DNA of 64,000 bases from Spirochaetia bacterium (GCA_965208575.1 CBDBOV010000006.1:992001-1056000), one strand, 5' to 3'; positions 1 through 10,303 are shown, counted from the stretch's first letter. Notes: generated by a model from the sequence alone, not told the origin. Made by a program: numbers and translations.

Positions 1-208
1 CCTCGACGTCGTAGGGCGTGAAGAACTCGCAGAAGATCGCCGTGAAGTAGAGCGCGGCGAGCACCATCCCCCCGATCACCGCCAGGTGATGTCGCCGGAA
101 GCTGCGCCAGATCAACTGCCACTGGGACGCGAGATAGTAGCGCTCGTCGACCTTCCCCTCGGCCACCTTTGCCTCCGGCACCCTTGTCTCTGCCACTGCG
201 CCCCTCAT
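1..208 (-). CDS. Peptide/nickel-type ABC permease DppC/OppC (5' part; runs off window)
   Basis: ATG at 208 overlaps upstream TGA (ATGA); translates MRGAVAE...YYLASQWQLIWRSFRRHHLAVIGGMVL, the OppC N-terminal motif. Confidence 0.85.
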   Translation of the reverse strand, partial: MRGAVAETRVPEAKVAEGKVDERYYLASQWQLIWRSFRRHHLAVIGGMVLAALYFTAIFCEFFTPYDVE

Positions 209-1203
209 GCGGACTGCGCGCTGAAGCGTATGCGCGGGTCGACGATGGTGAGCAGGATGTCGGAGATGAAAGTGCCGACCACGGTCAGGAAGTTCAGGAA
301 CAACACCAGCGCGGCGGCCAGGAACATGTCCTCGTTCATCAGGGCGCTGAACAGCAGCGGCCCCACCGTCGGCAGTCCCAGCACCAGGGAGGTGATGGTC
401 TCGCCGGAGACGATCACCGGCAGCAGCCAGCCGACCGTGCTGATCATCGGATTCACCGCCACCCGCACCGGGTACTTGAACAGCACGCGGCCCTCTCCGA
501 CGCCCTTGGCGCGCGCGGTCACCACGTACTGCTTGCCGAGTTCGTCCAGGAGCTGCGCCCGCATCACGCGAATCAGCCCCGCGGTGCCGGCGGTACCCAC
601 GATGATCACGGGCAGCGGCAGGTGGCTCATCAGGTCCAGGAACTTGCCGATACTCCATCCCGCGCGCAGGTACTCGGGAGAGAACAGCCCGCCGACGCCG
701 ACGCCGATGCCGAGTTGCAGGGCGAAAAACATCAGGATGATCGCCAGCAGGAAGTTGGGGGTCGCCAGCCCGATGAAGCCGATCGACATGAACAGGTAGT
801 CGCTGAACCGGTACTGGTGGGTGGCGGAGTAGATGCCGATCGGGATCGCCATCAGGTAGGTGAACGCCAGGGTACACAGGGAGATGGTGACGGTCAGGGC
901 GAGGCGCTCGCCGACCACGTCGCTGACCGGCTTGTTAAGCATGAAGGAGTGGCCGAACTCGCCGCGCACCAGGTTGAAGAACCACTTCAGGTACTGGACG
1001 TGGACCGGGCGATCGAGCCCGTAGCGGCGGCGCAGGTTGTCGAGCAGTTGCTGGTCCACGTCCTCCCCGCTGCTGGCCAGGCGAAGGGCTACCGTGGTCA
1101 CGTAGTCGCCGCGCGGCAACTGGATGATCACGAACGACACCACCGTCAGCACCCACAGCAGCAGCAACATGTAGAGCACGCGGCGCAGCAGGTAACCGGT
1201 CAT
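205..1203 (-). CDS. Peptide-type ABC permease DppB/OppB
   Basis: MTGYLLRRV start, YGLDRP, EAA-loop 'YVVTARAKGVGE', C-terminal DPRIR. Confidence 0.93.
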   Translation of the reverse strand: MTGYLLRRVLYMLLLLWVLTVVSFVIIQLPRGDYVTTVALRLASSGEDVDQQLLDNLRRRYGLDRPVHVQYLKWFFNLVRGEFGHSFMLNKPVSDVVGERLALTVTISLCTLAFTYLMAIPIGIYSATHQYRFSDYLFMSIGFIGLATPNFLLAIILMFFALQLGIGVGVGGLFSPEYLRAGWSIGKFLDLMSHLPLPVIIVGTAGTAGLIRVMRAQLLDELGKQYVVTARAKGVGEGRVLFKYPVRVAVNPMISTVGWLLPVIVSGETITSLVLGLPTVGPLLFSALMNEDMFLAAALVLFLNFLTVVGTFISDILLTIVDPRIRFSAQSA

Positions 1204-1217
1204 CGGCTCTCAGGATG

Positions 1218-1250
1218 CGGGGAGGGCCGGCCTCGCGGCCGGGCCCCCTC
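1218..1250 (-). terminator. GC-rich hairpin between SBP and permease genes (mRNA stabiliser/attenuator)
   Basis: gagggccggcc-tcgc-ggccgggccccctc imperfect inverted repeat; no U-tract. Confidence 0.4.
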
Positions 1251-1353
1251 TGAAATCACGCCCTCCGGCTAGAGTGATCAGGGGCACCTGTCGGCGCGCG
1301 CCCCGGGAGGCGCGCACCTGGCGCCTGAGCTACTGCCAAAGCAATTGCGCAAG

Positions 1354-3401
1354 CTACTGCTTGATGTAGAGCGTGTCGTACAGGTACCCATCGGAGAAGC
1401 CGAGACCGGTGAAGCCGCCCTCGGCGTACATGTTGCCGATGCGGTTGTTGACGATCACCACCCGCGGCGGCGGCGTGACCGTGCCGATGTAGTACAGCCC
1501 CTCCACGTTGCGGGTGATCAGCTCGTTGGCCAGCTCGGCGTAGCGCGCCGTACCCTTCTGCTCCTTCAGCCACTGCTCCGACAGGTCGAACAGCGCCTTG
1601 ATCTCATCCGGCGGCTCTTCCCCCTCCTTGCCGCCGGTGAAGTGCCACTGCGCCCACGGGTAGGAAGACTGCGGACAGCAGTGATACCAGTGCCACGGCG
1701 GCCGCAGGCGAATCGGGTAGCGGGAGTGACCGAGCACCTCGCCGCCGCCGTCCGAGGACCAGAAGCCGGCGTCCAGCTCGTTCGCCTCGCCCAGCTCCTT
1801 CCACAACGCATAGGCGATCGCCTTGGGCTCGAAGCCGATACCGAGTGCGGTCCAGTAGCGCGCCAGCAGCGTCATCAGGTCGTCGAAGTAGGGCAGGTAG
1901 TCGAGCGCCGGATGGGTGCCGTCGATCACCAGCGGCTTGCCGTCCGGGCGCATCCGCTTGCCGTCGTCGCCGCGCGTCAGCCCCATCTCGTCCAGGAGCT
2001 CGTTGGCGCGGTCGGGGTCGTGCTCCGCGTAATAGGTCGCCATCCAGTCTTCGAACCCGGTCCAGGTGCTCGATGCCGGCGAGTTGAACGGCTTCGAGCG
2101 TCCGAAGAACAGCGTCTTGCTGACCTCCTCGCGGTCGATCGCCAGCGACATCGCCTGGCGGAACCGGATGTCGTTGAAGATCTCGCGCAGCACCGGGTCC
2201 TTGTGCGTGTAGTTGAAGGCAACGCCGCCGGCGAACGAGCTCGCGGTGTCATCCCACAGGTACACCCGGTAGTCGCCGGAATCCTCGTTCTGCTTGTACA
2301 CCGGGAAGTCGGCCAGCTCGGTAAACAGCAACTGCACATCGATCTCGCCGGCCATCGCCAGCGCCGGGATGTTCTCGTCCGGCTTGGTGAATTTGGAGCG
2401 CTGCACGCCGTTGATGTACGGAAGCTGATTTCCGGCCGTGTCGATCTTCCAGTAGAACGGGTTGCGTTCCCAGTACTGGACGCCGGGGCTGTCATCCTTG
2501 AGCACGTAGGGGTCGGTAACCGGCACGTCGGTGTAGCTGTAGGCAACCGGCAGCGAGCCGGTATGGCCGCGGTCCGAGTGGTGGGCGGCGAATGCCTCGT
2601 ACCACTCTTCGAAGCCCTCCTCCTTGGCCAGCGCGCCGGCGTCGGAGTTGTAGCGGATGTGCCACTGCTGCAGGTAGTGCTGCGGGGCCAGCGGGCGCGA
2701 CTGCGCCCACGACTCGGTGGCCGCCAGGAACGGCTCGGCAAACGTGTACCGGACCGTGTGCTGGTCGATCTTCTGTGCCTGCATCAGCTCGCCACCGGGG
2801 GTATAGCGGCCGCGCGGCTCCGGCGTGAACCCGCTCACAACCTCGTCGGCCAGGATGGCTTCGTAGAGAACAGGTAGTCGTCGGCATCGGCATCCTCGCC
2901 GTCCGACCACTTCATGCCGCGGCGGAGCTGCAGGGTGAGCACCGTGGCGTCCGCGGACAGCTCCCAGCCGCGCACCAGGTTGGGAATGAACACGGATCCG
3001 TCGGGCGGCCACTTCGCCACCGCCTGCTGCAGGTCCTCGACGAATTCGCCCGGTTCGAACTCCGGACCCGCGGCATTGATCACGCCGCCGTACTGGCCGA
3101 TCTCGTTGAGCGGGCGCACCACCTGGGCATCCTGCGGGATGCGCTCCTCGACCGGCGGAAGCTGCCCCTCGGCCACCAGCGCCGCCAGCATCGGTGCCTC
3201 GCCGAACTGGGTAATGGCGTTCCCGGTCGCCGCCTCGTAGTCCGCCGGGGACGCAAAGATGTGATCCACGTACGGCTCGCCGATCACCGCCGTGCCGGCC
3301 ATCAGCGCTCCCTGCGCCGCCGCCGACTCCTCCGTACCTGCCGCCAGCGCCGGCATCGCCGCCAGCACCAGAGTCACGATTGCCGCCAATGCTCGACCCA
3401 T
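1354..3401 (-). pseudogene. ABC substrate-binding protein family 5 (DppA-like), split by a 1-nt frameshift near 2868
   Basis: ORF 2835..3479 carries signal peptide MGRALAAIV (AGGAGG RBS, ATG 3401), GEAPML..LPPVEERIP, LRRGMKWSDG..ADDYLF; ORF 1354..3012 continues YEAIL..ERNPFYWKIDTAGNQLPYI. Junction GAC TAC CTG TTC TC TAC lacks one base. Confidence 0.85.
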
Positions 3402-3598
3402 GTCGTCTCCTCCTCGCATCCGCATCCGGATGCTCGTCCTGTGGTTCGGTGCGGGCGGCTCGACTAATCCCGGTTTCAAGCGCGTGCGTTCACCATCATT
3501 ACCGCGCGGTCACCTGCTAATCTCCCGAATCTAACACGGAACCGTTGGTCTGGGTAGCTCGCCGGGAGCGCGGAATCCGGGTCACGGTGGCGGCGGCC

Positions 3599-4711
3599 TC
3601 AGTTCAGGGGGCGCAGGAGGGGAGTGTCGGGCAGGTCGGTGTGCAGGCGGGCGAATGCGTCGGCGCCGTTGCGGGTGAGGGCGGCCGGGTCGGCGAGCGG
3701 CAGGTCGACGCGCACCTGTTCCAGGCTCGACCAGCAGGCGGCGGCCAGCACCTCGAACCCGGTGTAGGCGTGTTCGACGTTGCAGGGGTGGTCCGCCAGC
3801 GAGCCGTCCAGCCAGTCGGCGATCTGGCCGGCGTAGCCCTGCTGAATGCGCGGCGACTCCCATTCCCAGCCGGCGACCGGGTTCTCCTTCGAGTACGCCG
3901 GGTTGGCTCCGCGCTTCCACTCGCCTCCGGTGGCACGGCTCTGCGTGGCCCAGATGCCGGTGTTTTCCGCCCACGCCGTGCCCTCGGTGCCGCGCACCGT
4001 GACCCGGTTCACCTGCCAGGCGTCGCCGGAGTCGTAGCGCGGCGCCACCCCGCCGTACTCGCCGAGGCCGTAGATGCCGCCGGCCAACTCCAGCCGCACC
4101 AGGCACAGGTCGGGCGACGGGTGCACGTCCTGCAGTTGCGTGCGGCCATGCACGTGGCCCACCACCCATTGCGGCTGCGCGAAGCCGCTCGCCCACAGCA
4201 GGTAGTGGGTATAGTGGGTGCCGCGGTCCATCAGGTTGCCGCTGGTGGTGGCGTGGATCTCGGTCACCTGCCCGACGCCGCCGGCGTCCAGCACCCGCTT
4301 CAGTTGCTGAAACGAGCTGGTATAGACGTGCTGCTGGCACACCGTCGCCTTGATGCCGGCGCCGCGGCACAACTCGACCATACGGTGCGCCTCTGCCAGC
4401 GACAGGGCCATCGGTTTCTCGAACGCCATGCCCTTCACGCCGTGTCTGGCGGCCAACTCCACCATCGGCAGCCGTACGTCGGGCCGGGTGACGAAGCAGA
4501 ACAGGTCGGGCTCGGTCTCCGCGAGCATGCGGTCGGCATCGCGGTACTGCGGCACGTTGAGCCCGAATCTGTCGGCCACGGAGCGCATGAGCGCCTCGTC
4601 CAACTCGCACAGGGCCACGATCTCGAACCGCTCCGATTGCGCCAGCCAGCCCGCGATGTGCCTCCAGCCGCGGTTCCCGCAGCCCGCCTGCGCCACCCGT
4701 ATCTTCGCCAT
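3599..4711 (-). CDS. Gfo/Idh/MocA family oxidoreductase
   Basis: GCGNRG Rossmann start, EKPMA motif, DRGTH catalytic segment. Confidence 0.9.
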   Translation of the reverse strand: MAKIRVAQAGCGNRGWRHIAGWLAQSERFEIVALCELDEALMRSVADRFGLNVPQYRDADRMLAETEPDLFCFVTRPDVRLPMVELAARHGVKGMAFEKPMALSLAEAHRMVELCRGAGIKATVCQQHVYTSSFQQLKRVLDAGGVGQVTEIHATTSGNLMDRGTHYTHYLLWASGFAQPQWVVGHVHGRTQLQDVHPSPDLCLVRLELAGGIYGLGEYGGVAPRYDSGDAWQVNRVTVRGTEGTAWAENTGIWATQSRATGGEWKRGANPAYSKENPVAGWEWESPRIQQGYAGQIADWLDGSLADHPCNVEHAYTGFEVLAAACWSSLEQVRVDLPLADPAALTRNGADAFARLHTDLPDTPLLRPLN

Positions 4712-4737
4712 CGTCTGCTACTGCTCCGGTACGATGC

Positions 4738-5091
4738 TCAGATCGTGCTCTGTTCGGCTTGGCCAACCGAGTCGTTCGAGTCGTGCAGGTATGCGCCAAC
4801 GTGCCTTCCAACGGTCGGAGGTGGAAGGGGCCTGTTGTCCTTGCGGAAGGTCTCCAACCACTCGTCAACGATTTCGCACAGACTGCTGAACACCTCGACT
4901 TCATCGTCGCCGTGGCAGCAGGGCCCAATGACCCCGGGACAATACCCGATGTAGCTCTGGTCTTCTTCCGACCACTCGACGATCTTGACGTACTGTGCAC
5001 TGGCCCGCGGACGTTCGCCGGCAGGCGACGCCGGTACCTCAGCAGACGTCGTCTTTCGTGTGGCAGGGCTGCCGTGACGGCTCCTGGTCAT
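4738..5091 (-). CDS. hicB: HicB-like antitoxin
   Basis: YVKIVEWSEEDQSYIGYCPG..CHGDD..E..LPPP pattern; directly follows hicA (ATGA overlap); true start may be downstream. Confidence 0.8.
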   Translation of the reverse strand: MTRSRHGSPATRKTTSAEVPASPAGERPRASAQYVKIVEWSEEDQSYIGYCPGVIGPCCHGDDEVEVFSSLCEIVDEWLETFRKDNRPLPPPTVGRHVGAYLHDSNDSVGQAEQSTI

Positions 5092-5282
5092 CGTTGAGAC
5101 TCCTCGATCCTTCTTTTGACTTCCTTCTCCTGATACGGCTTGGCATCATCACCAAGTTTCCCCGAGATAGTAACGTGAATGCCCTTGGGATGCTCGTAGT
5201 TTCTGTGGCTGCCCTTCCCGCCTCGATTGACGAATCCTTCCCGCTCCAGATCTCGTATCAGCGCCCTAACCTGTCGCGGCAC
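5088..5282 (-). CDS. hicA: HicA mRNA interferase toxin
   Basis: 64 aa with GF..GGKGSH..YEHP..VTISG..DAKPYQ. Confidence 0.9.
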   Translation of the reverse strand: MPRQVRALIRDLEREGFVNRGGKGSHRNYEHPKGIHVTISGKLGDDAKPYQEKEVKRRIEESQR

Positions 5283-5308
5283 GACCGGTCGCAGTCAGCC
5301 AAGCCGGC

Positions 5309-6325
5309 TCAGGAGGGTTCGGCGACGCGGACTACCTGCTTGCCGAGGTTCCGGCTGGTGAGCAGGCGCATGAACGCGCCGGGCAGGTTCTCGAAGCCCT
5401 CCACGATGTCGAACTTCGACTTCAGAACGCCGCTCTTCTGCCACGCTCCGAGCCGGCGGTATGCCTCGTCGAAGCGGTGGCCGTAGTCGCCGGCCAGGAA
5501 CCCCTCGACGCGGGCGCGCGACACCAGGATCTTGCGCATGAAGCGCGGCCCGATGTCGGGCTGGTCGAAGCGGTCGGCAAGGCTGATGGTCCCCACCACC
5601 ACGATGCGCGCGTGCGTGGCCAGGTTCTGAAACACCGCGTCCAGGATCGGACCGGCGGTGTTGTCGTAGTACACGTCCACGCCGTCCGGGCACACGCGCG
5701 CAAGGGCGGCGGCGAGGTCGGGTTCGTTGCGGTAGGCGATGCCGTCGTGGTAGCCGATCTGTCGGCACCAGGCCAGCTTCTCCTCGGTGCTGGTGACCGC
5801 GATGGCGCGGCAGCCGCAGATCCTGGCGATCTGGCCGGCGATCTGACCCACCGATCCGGCGGCCGCCGAGATCACCACCGTGTCGCCCGGCTTGATGCGC
5901 CCGGTCTCGATCAGCGCGAAGTACGCGGTCGGGCCGTTGGTGCCCAGGAAATCGAGCCAATGCGGCAGGTCGGCCACCTCCGGATCGACGCGCCGGGCCG
6001 TCCCCGCCGGCACCGCCGCGTATTCCTGCCAGCCGGTCGTGGCCAGCACCAGGTCGCCCGGCTGCCAGGCGCCGTCCTTCGATTTGACCACCTCGGCCAC
6101 CGAGGCGGCGGTCATCACCTCGCCGACGCTCACCCCGGCCGCGTAGTTTTGCTGCCGGCTGATCCGCCCGCGCATGTAGGGCGCCACGTCCACGTACAGC
6201 GACCTTACCAGCAGTTCGCCGTTCCCCGGCTCCGGCACCGCACCCTCGGAAAGCGCCCAGTTGTTCTCGCTCGGCATGCCCTCCGGGTAGGAAGCCAGCC
6301 GCCACTGTCGATTGTTCACCGTCAT
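5309..6325 (-). CDS. NADP-dependent oxidoreductase (CurA/prostaglandin reductase, MDR family)
   Basis: LASYPEG, VAPYMRGR, SAAAGSVG, GVDVYYDN, GFENLPGAF..NLGKQVV; start chosen 7 nt after TAGTAT. Confidence 0.9.
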   Translation of the reverse strand: MTVNNRQWRLASYPEGMPSENNWALSEGAVPEPGNGELLVRSLYVDVAPYMRGRISRQQNYAAGVSVGEVMTAASVAEVVKSKDGAWQPGDLVLATTGWQEYAAVPAGTARRVDPEVADLPHWLDFLGTNGPTAYFALIETGRIKPGDTVVISAAAGSVGQIAGQIARICGCRAIAVTSTEEKLAWCRQIGYHDGIAYRNEPDLAAALARVCPDGVDVYYDNTAGPILDAVFQNLATHARIVVVGTISLADRFDQPDIGPRFMRKILVSRARVEGFLAGDYGHRFDEAYRRLGAWQKSGVLKSKFDIVEGFENLPGAFMRLLTSRNLGKQVVRVAEPS

Positions 6326-6426
6326 GACCGGCATACTACCACTGTTGGGCTGGCGCGGACCCCACCGCCCGGCGGCGGGCTCGAGTCTACTGGAATGATC
6401 GGTTGAAATATGGTACTGCTCGGACC

Positions 6427-7416
6427 ATGGCTGAGTACCACGCCACCGCCGTACCGCGCCCGGTCGACCGCGAGACGCCGCGGCCGGAGTTTCCCGGCTG
6501 CCGTGCGGTGCGCATCACGCGCGCCGAGATCGTCGAATGCGAACGTCGCATCGAGTACTGGGACGCGGCCACCGAGACCGCCTGGATCTGCGAGCCGACC
6601 ACTTCCTATCACGAGCGCCCGGCACGCCTGTTGACGCGGTTGGCCGAGGTGATCGCCCGCGTGCGCGGTTCGCATATCGAATGCTACGGCTCGATGGACC
6701 TGTTGCTGCGCGACGAGCACGACGAGCCGCAACGCATCATGCAGGCCGACGAGTCCCTGTACCTGCATCCGGCGCACGCCAGGCTGCCGGGCGCCGCCAT
6801 GGTAGTGGGCGAGGACGACTTCCCGGACGTGGTGCTGGAGGTGGACCACTCCACGGACGCTCGCCGTGGCAAGCTGGCGTTGTACGAGTCGTGGGGGTTC
6901 CCGGAACTGTGGGTGGACGTGCCGGACGCGCCGTCAGCGAGCCGCCCGCGGGCGCGGCGACCGGGGTTGACGATCCATCTGCTGGTGGACGGTCGCTATC
7001 GGGTCGCGGCGGAGAGCCGCGCGTTCCCGGGCTGGACGGCGGCGGAGATCCACGAGGCGTTGAACGAGGCCGAGCCGTCAGCGCGCACCAGCGCGGTGTT
7101 GGAACGGGTGGGCGGAGCGCTGGGGGCACGGGAAGGAACCGGACCGGACGACGACCCGCTGCTGCGTTCGCAACGGCGCCGGGGGTTCGAGCGCGGCCGA
7201 GCGGAAGGCCATGCGAAAGGGCTCATTGCAGGCGTGCGCAGAGCCCGCGCGGAGATGGTCCGGCAGCTACTGCTGTCGCGCGGTATCGAGGTCTCGCCGG
7301 CGTTCCCGGCGGACGCGGCGTTCGCCGCCACGCCCGAGGACGTGCTGATCTCCGCGGCACTCGCCTGCGAGGACGAGGCCGCCTTCCGCGCCGCCATCTC
7401 GCGGTCCGGACGGTAA
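6427..7416 (+). CDS. Uma2 (DUF820) PD-(D/E)xK endonuclease-family protein
   Basis: HER, QADES, PDVVLEVD..KLALYESWGFPELWV..ESRAFPG; C-terminal GRAEG-type tail. Confidence 0.85.
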   Translation: MAEYHATAVPRPVDRETPRPEFPGCRAVRITRAEIVECERRIEYWDAATETAWICEPTTSYHERPARLLTRLAEVIARVRGSHIECYGSMDLLLRDEHDEPQRIMQADESLYLHPAHARLPGAAMVVGEDDFPDVVLEVDHSTDARRGKLALYESWGFPELWVDVPDAPSASRPRARRPGLTIHLLVDGRYRVAAESRAFPGWTAAEIHEALNEAEPSARTSAVLERVGGALGAREGTGPDDDPLLRSQRRRGFERGRAEGHAKGLIAGVRRARAEMVRQLLLSRGIEVSPAFPADAAFAATPEDVLISAALACEDEAAFRAAISRSGR

Positions 7417-7564
7417 CAGCATCGCCGTTCGCCATGAACTGCCCGACGCCGGCATCGGTGCGCAGAAACGGCGCGCACTGGCTCCGCGTCGCAACACGGC
7501 GATAGGGAATCACCAGAACCTGAAACGGCATCCTGTCGCGATCGCTTGGTCTCCCATCGGCCAT
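7417..7564 (-). pseudogene. N-terminal stub of a NUDIX pyrophosphatase
   Basis: RMPFQVLVIPYRR...FLRTDAGVGQFMANG resembles NUDIX (NudB-like) N-termini; stops just before the Nudix box. Confidence 0.55.
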
Positions 7565-7584
7565 TGGTTCCCGATACGGCGGGG

Positions 7585-8625
7585 CTACTCCTGGACGACG
7601 TGGACCTTGATGGCGCCGCGGGTCTTGTCGGCGGAGATGCGGAACGCTTCGGCGATGTCGTCGAACGGCAGCCGGTGGCTGACCAGCTTCGCCGCTTCCA
7701 CCTTGCCGGTGGCGATCAGGTCGATGGCGGCGTCGAAGTCGGTTTCCATGCCGCTGATGCCGTAGCAGTTGGAGCCGGTGACGAGCGCCTCCGACCACAC
7801 GATGCGGGTCAGGTCGACGCCGGCCGCGTCGTAGTGGCCGGAAACCAGGACCACGCGGCCGCGCGGGCGCACGGCGGCCAGCGCATCGCCGAAGCTGCCG
7901 GGGGCGCCGACCGTCTCGATGACTACGTCCATGCCGACGCCGTCGGTGAGGTCGCTGACGTACTCGCCCAGGTCCCGGTCGCCAACGTGCACGACGTGGT
8001 CGGCGCCCAGCTCGGCCGCCAGCCGCGCCTGCTGCTCGTACTTCACCGTGATCAGCGTCTCGCGAACGCCCACCGCCTTGGCAGCGGCCAGCGCGAACTG
8101 GCCGATGGTGCCGCCGCCGATGACCGCCACCCGGTCGCGCGAGCCGGTGCCGGCCTGCGCCAGCGCGCGCCATGACACCGCCAGCGGCTCTACCAGCGCG
8201 CCGTCCTCGTAGCTCATCCCGTCCGGCAGCTTGAACAGGCCCGAGGCGTGCGCGGCGGTGAACTCCGCGAAGCCGCCGTGGGTGTTCGGAGACACGCCCT
8301 GGCGGCGCAGGCAGTGATTGTACTGGCCGGTGGCGCAGTACACGCACTCGCCGCAGTGGGAGAAGCACTCCACCGCCACCGTGTCGCCGACGGCGAAGCC
8401 GCCGACGTCCGCGCCCACCTCCGCCACCACGCCGCAGGTCTCGTGGCCCGCGGCCGTGGTATGCGACTGCCCCCAGGTGCCGAAGTAGGAATGCAGGTCG
8501 CTGCCGCAGATGCCGGTGCAGCGGGTGTCGATCAGCACCTGCCCCGGCTCCGGCTTGCTGCGCTCCACCTCCCGCACTTCGATCTCCCTGATCCCGGTAT
8601 AGATCGCCGCCTTCATGGTCGCCAT
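7585..8625 (-). CDS. Zinc-dependent alcohol/sugar dehydrogenase (MDR)
   Basis: GICGSD, GHE, CGECVYC..C structural Zn site, EPL, GGGTIG. Confidence 0.93.
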   Translation of the reverse strand: MATMKAAIYTGIREIEVREVERSKPEPGQVLIDTRCTGICGSDLHSYFGTWGQSHTTAAGHETCGVVAEVGADVGGFAVGDTVAVECFSHCGECVYCATGQYNHCLRRQGVSPNTHGGFAEFTAAHASGLFKLPDGMSYEDGALVEPLAVSWRALAQAGTGSRDRVAVIGGGTIGQFALAAAKAVGVRETLITVKYEQQARLAAELGADHVVHVGDRDLGEYVSDLTDGVGMDVVIETVGAPGSFGDALAAVRPRGRVVLVSGHYDAAGVDLTRIVWSEALVTGSNCYGISGMETDFDAAIDLIATGKVEAAKLVSHRLPFDDIAEAFRISADKTRGAIKVHVVQE

Positions 8626-8699
8626 GTTCCGCCTCCCGTGTGCGCCATCCCTACCGGAGCGCCGTGCCGACAGCCCCGGCGGTTGCCGGCCCGAATCCC

Positions 8700-8861
8700 G
8701 GCCCTGGCGATGTACATGCGGTCCGCGGCAGGCGCCGCGACGCGCGCTGCAGCCAGCCCCGTGCCACCGGCCAGCACCCGACCGCGGAACTCGGCGGCCC
8801 CGCGGCCGTTCAGGGAGGCCAGGAGCTCGCCGCTGGTTGCCGGCAGCACTTCCGCGTGCAT
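8700..8861 (-). pseudogene. Truncated AbiEii-type nucleotidyltransferase toxin (N-terminal stub)
   Basis: MHAEVLP...VLAGGTGLA matches the AbiEii LAGGTAL start, then degenerates without the R.S.DLD motif; end approximate. Confidence 0.55.
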
Positions 8862-9133
8862 CCTACACTCTCGATTTTCAGAATGGCGTCCCACAGCGCG
8901 GCCACCTTCGCCGATTGCATTCTGACGCCGGCGATCGTTTCCAGAAACAGGTGCCGCCCCATGACAGCCGCGAGCCCTCGTACGTCTTCCAGGTCACCAA
9001 GGTGGATGACCCGCGCAACCACCCACCGGGGATAGGTTTCCAAGTCGGCGGGGGACAGGGAACGCTCCCAGAACAACCTGGCCGCCCGCTGCAGAACACG
9101 ATCCCTGGAGACCATCCCCTGCGGTCGATGCAT
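8810..9133 (-). CDS. DUF6922-like small protein (putative antitoxin)
   Basis: LFWE..L..YPRWVVARVIHLGDLEDV pattern; TATACT 9 nt before ATG 9133; precedes AbiEii stub. Confidence 0.65.
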   Translation of the reverse strand: MHRPQGMVSRDRVLQRAARLFWERSLSPADLETYPRWVVARVIHLGDLEDVRGLAAVMGRHLFLETIAGVRMQSAKVAALWDAILKIESVGCTRKCCRQPAASSWPP

Positions 9134-9296
9134 CGTTCTGCCAGTATAGCACGAACGGCGAGTTGGCGCGTCGGAGGAGTCGAGGCGCCGGCCCGGCCGG
9201 CCCGGCAGCGGCGGGTTGCACGGCGGGGCGGTTTCGTCGCACAAAGGTGCGTCGCACAAGGGTCGAGGAGCGATCCGTGTGGCGGGGACCAACAAT

Positions 9297-10154
9297 ATGG
9301 CAGGAAAATCGAAGACGCGGGTGAGCCAGCGCCCGCCTCACCGGCTGCAGCGGCGGCCGCCCAGCCTGGCGGAGCTGGACATGTCGCCGCGGGTCGGGCG
9401 CCGGGGGTACGAGGCGAAGCTGGACCGCCGGCAGCAGGAACTGAAGGAGGTCTCGCTGGCCTACCGGGCGCAGGGGCGGCGCGCGGTGGTGGTGTTCGAG
9501 GGCTGGGACGCCGCCGGCAAGGGCGGCATCATCCGCCGGCTGGGCTGGCCGCTCGACCCGCGCGGCTTCAAGGTGTGGCCGATCGCCGCACCGCTTCCGG
9601 AGGAGCAGGGGCAGCCCTACCTGTACCGCTTCTGGCGCCGCCTGCCCTACCCGGGCCAGCTCGTGGTGTTCGACCGTTCCTGGTACGGCCGCGTGCTGGT
9701 GGAGCGGGTCGAGGGCTTCGCCGGCGAAGCGGAGTGGCGCCGCGCCTACGCGGAGATCAACGACTTCGAGCGGATGCTCGCAGACGACGGCATCCGGCTG
9801 GTGAAGGTCTTCCTGCATATCAGCCCACAGGAGCAGCTCAAGCGCTTCCGCGCCCGCCTGAACGATCCCCTGAAGCGCTGGAAGCTGTCGCCGGAGGACC
9901 TGCGCAACAGGGCGCGCTGGGCGGAGTACGAGGCCGCCATTGAGGAGATGTTCAGCCACACCTCCACGGTCGCCCACCCGTGGCAACTGGTCGCGGCCAA
10001 CGACAAGAAGTACGCCCGCCTCGCGGCCCTCGGCGTGGTGGTGAAGCACCTGGCAGCGGGGGTGGACCTGAAGCCGGGCGACCTCGACCCGGAATTCGCC
10101 CGTCACGCACACGAAGTTCTCGGGCTACCGGCCGATCACCACCCGGAACGGTAG
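9297..10154 (+). CDS. ppk2: Polyphosphate kinase 2 family protein
   Basis: EGWDAAGKGG Walker A, FDRSWYGRVLVERV, EINDFE, KRWKL. Confidence 0.93.
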   Translation: MAGKSKTRVSQRPPHRLQRRPPSLAELDMSPRVGRRGYEAKLDRRQQELKEVSLAYRAQGRRAVVVFEGWDAAGKGGIIRRLGWPLDPRGFKVWPIAAPLPEEQGQPYLYRFWRRLPYPGQLVVFDRSWYGRVLVERVEGFAGEAEWRRAYAEINDFERMLADDGIRLVKVFLHISPQEQLKRFRARLNDPLKRWKLSPEDLRNRARWAEYEAAIEEMFSHTSTVAHPWQLVAANDKKYARLAALGVVVKHLAAGVDLKPGDLDPEFARHAHEVLGLPADHHPER

Positions 10155-10273
10155 GCCCGGCCGGGTCGCGACGCCAACAGCACGACAGTGACCGCGGTTC
10201 GCGGGCTGGCGGAGCGGACGTAAGACCGTGCAGTTCGGCGAGAATCCACGTCGCTCGGTGGCGCGCGGGATCG

Positions 10274-10303
10274 TTGACGACATGGCGGCGCCGGTCATAC
10301 ACT
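10274..10303 (+). promoter_or_regulatory. Sigma70-type promoter of rib operon
   Basis: TTGACG-18 nt-TACACT just upstream of the FMN riboswitch. Confidence 0.65.

Noticed and set aside
2860-2876. Programmed ribosomal frameshift in the SBP gene
   Set aside because: No slippery sequence or stimulatory element evident
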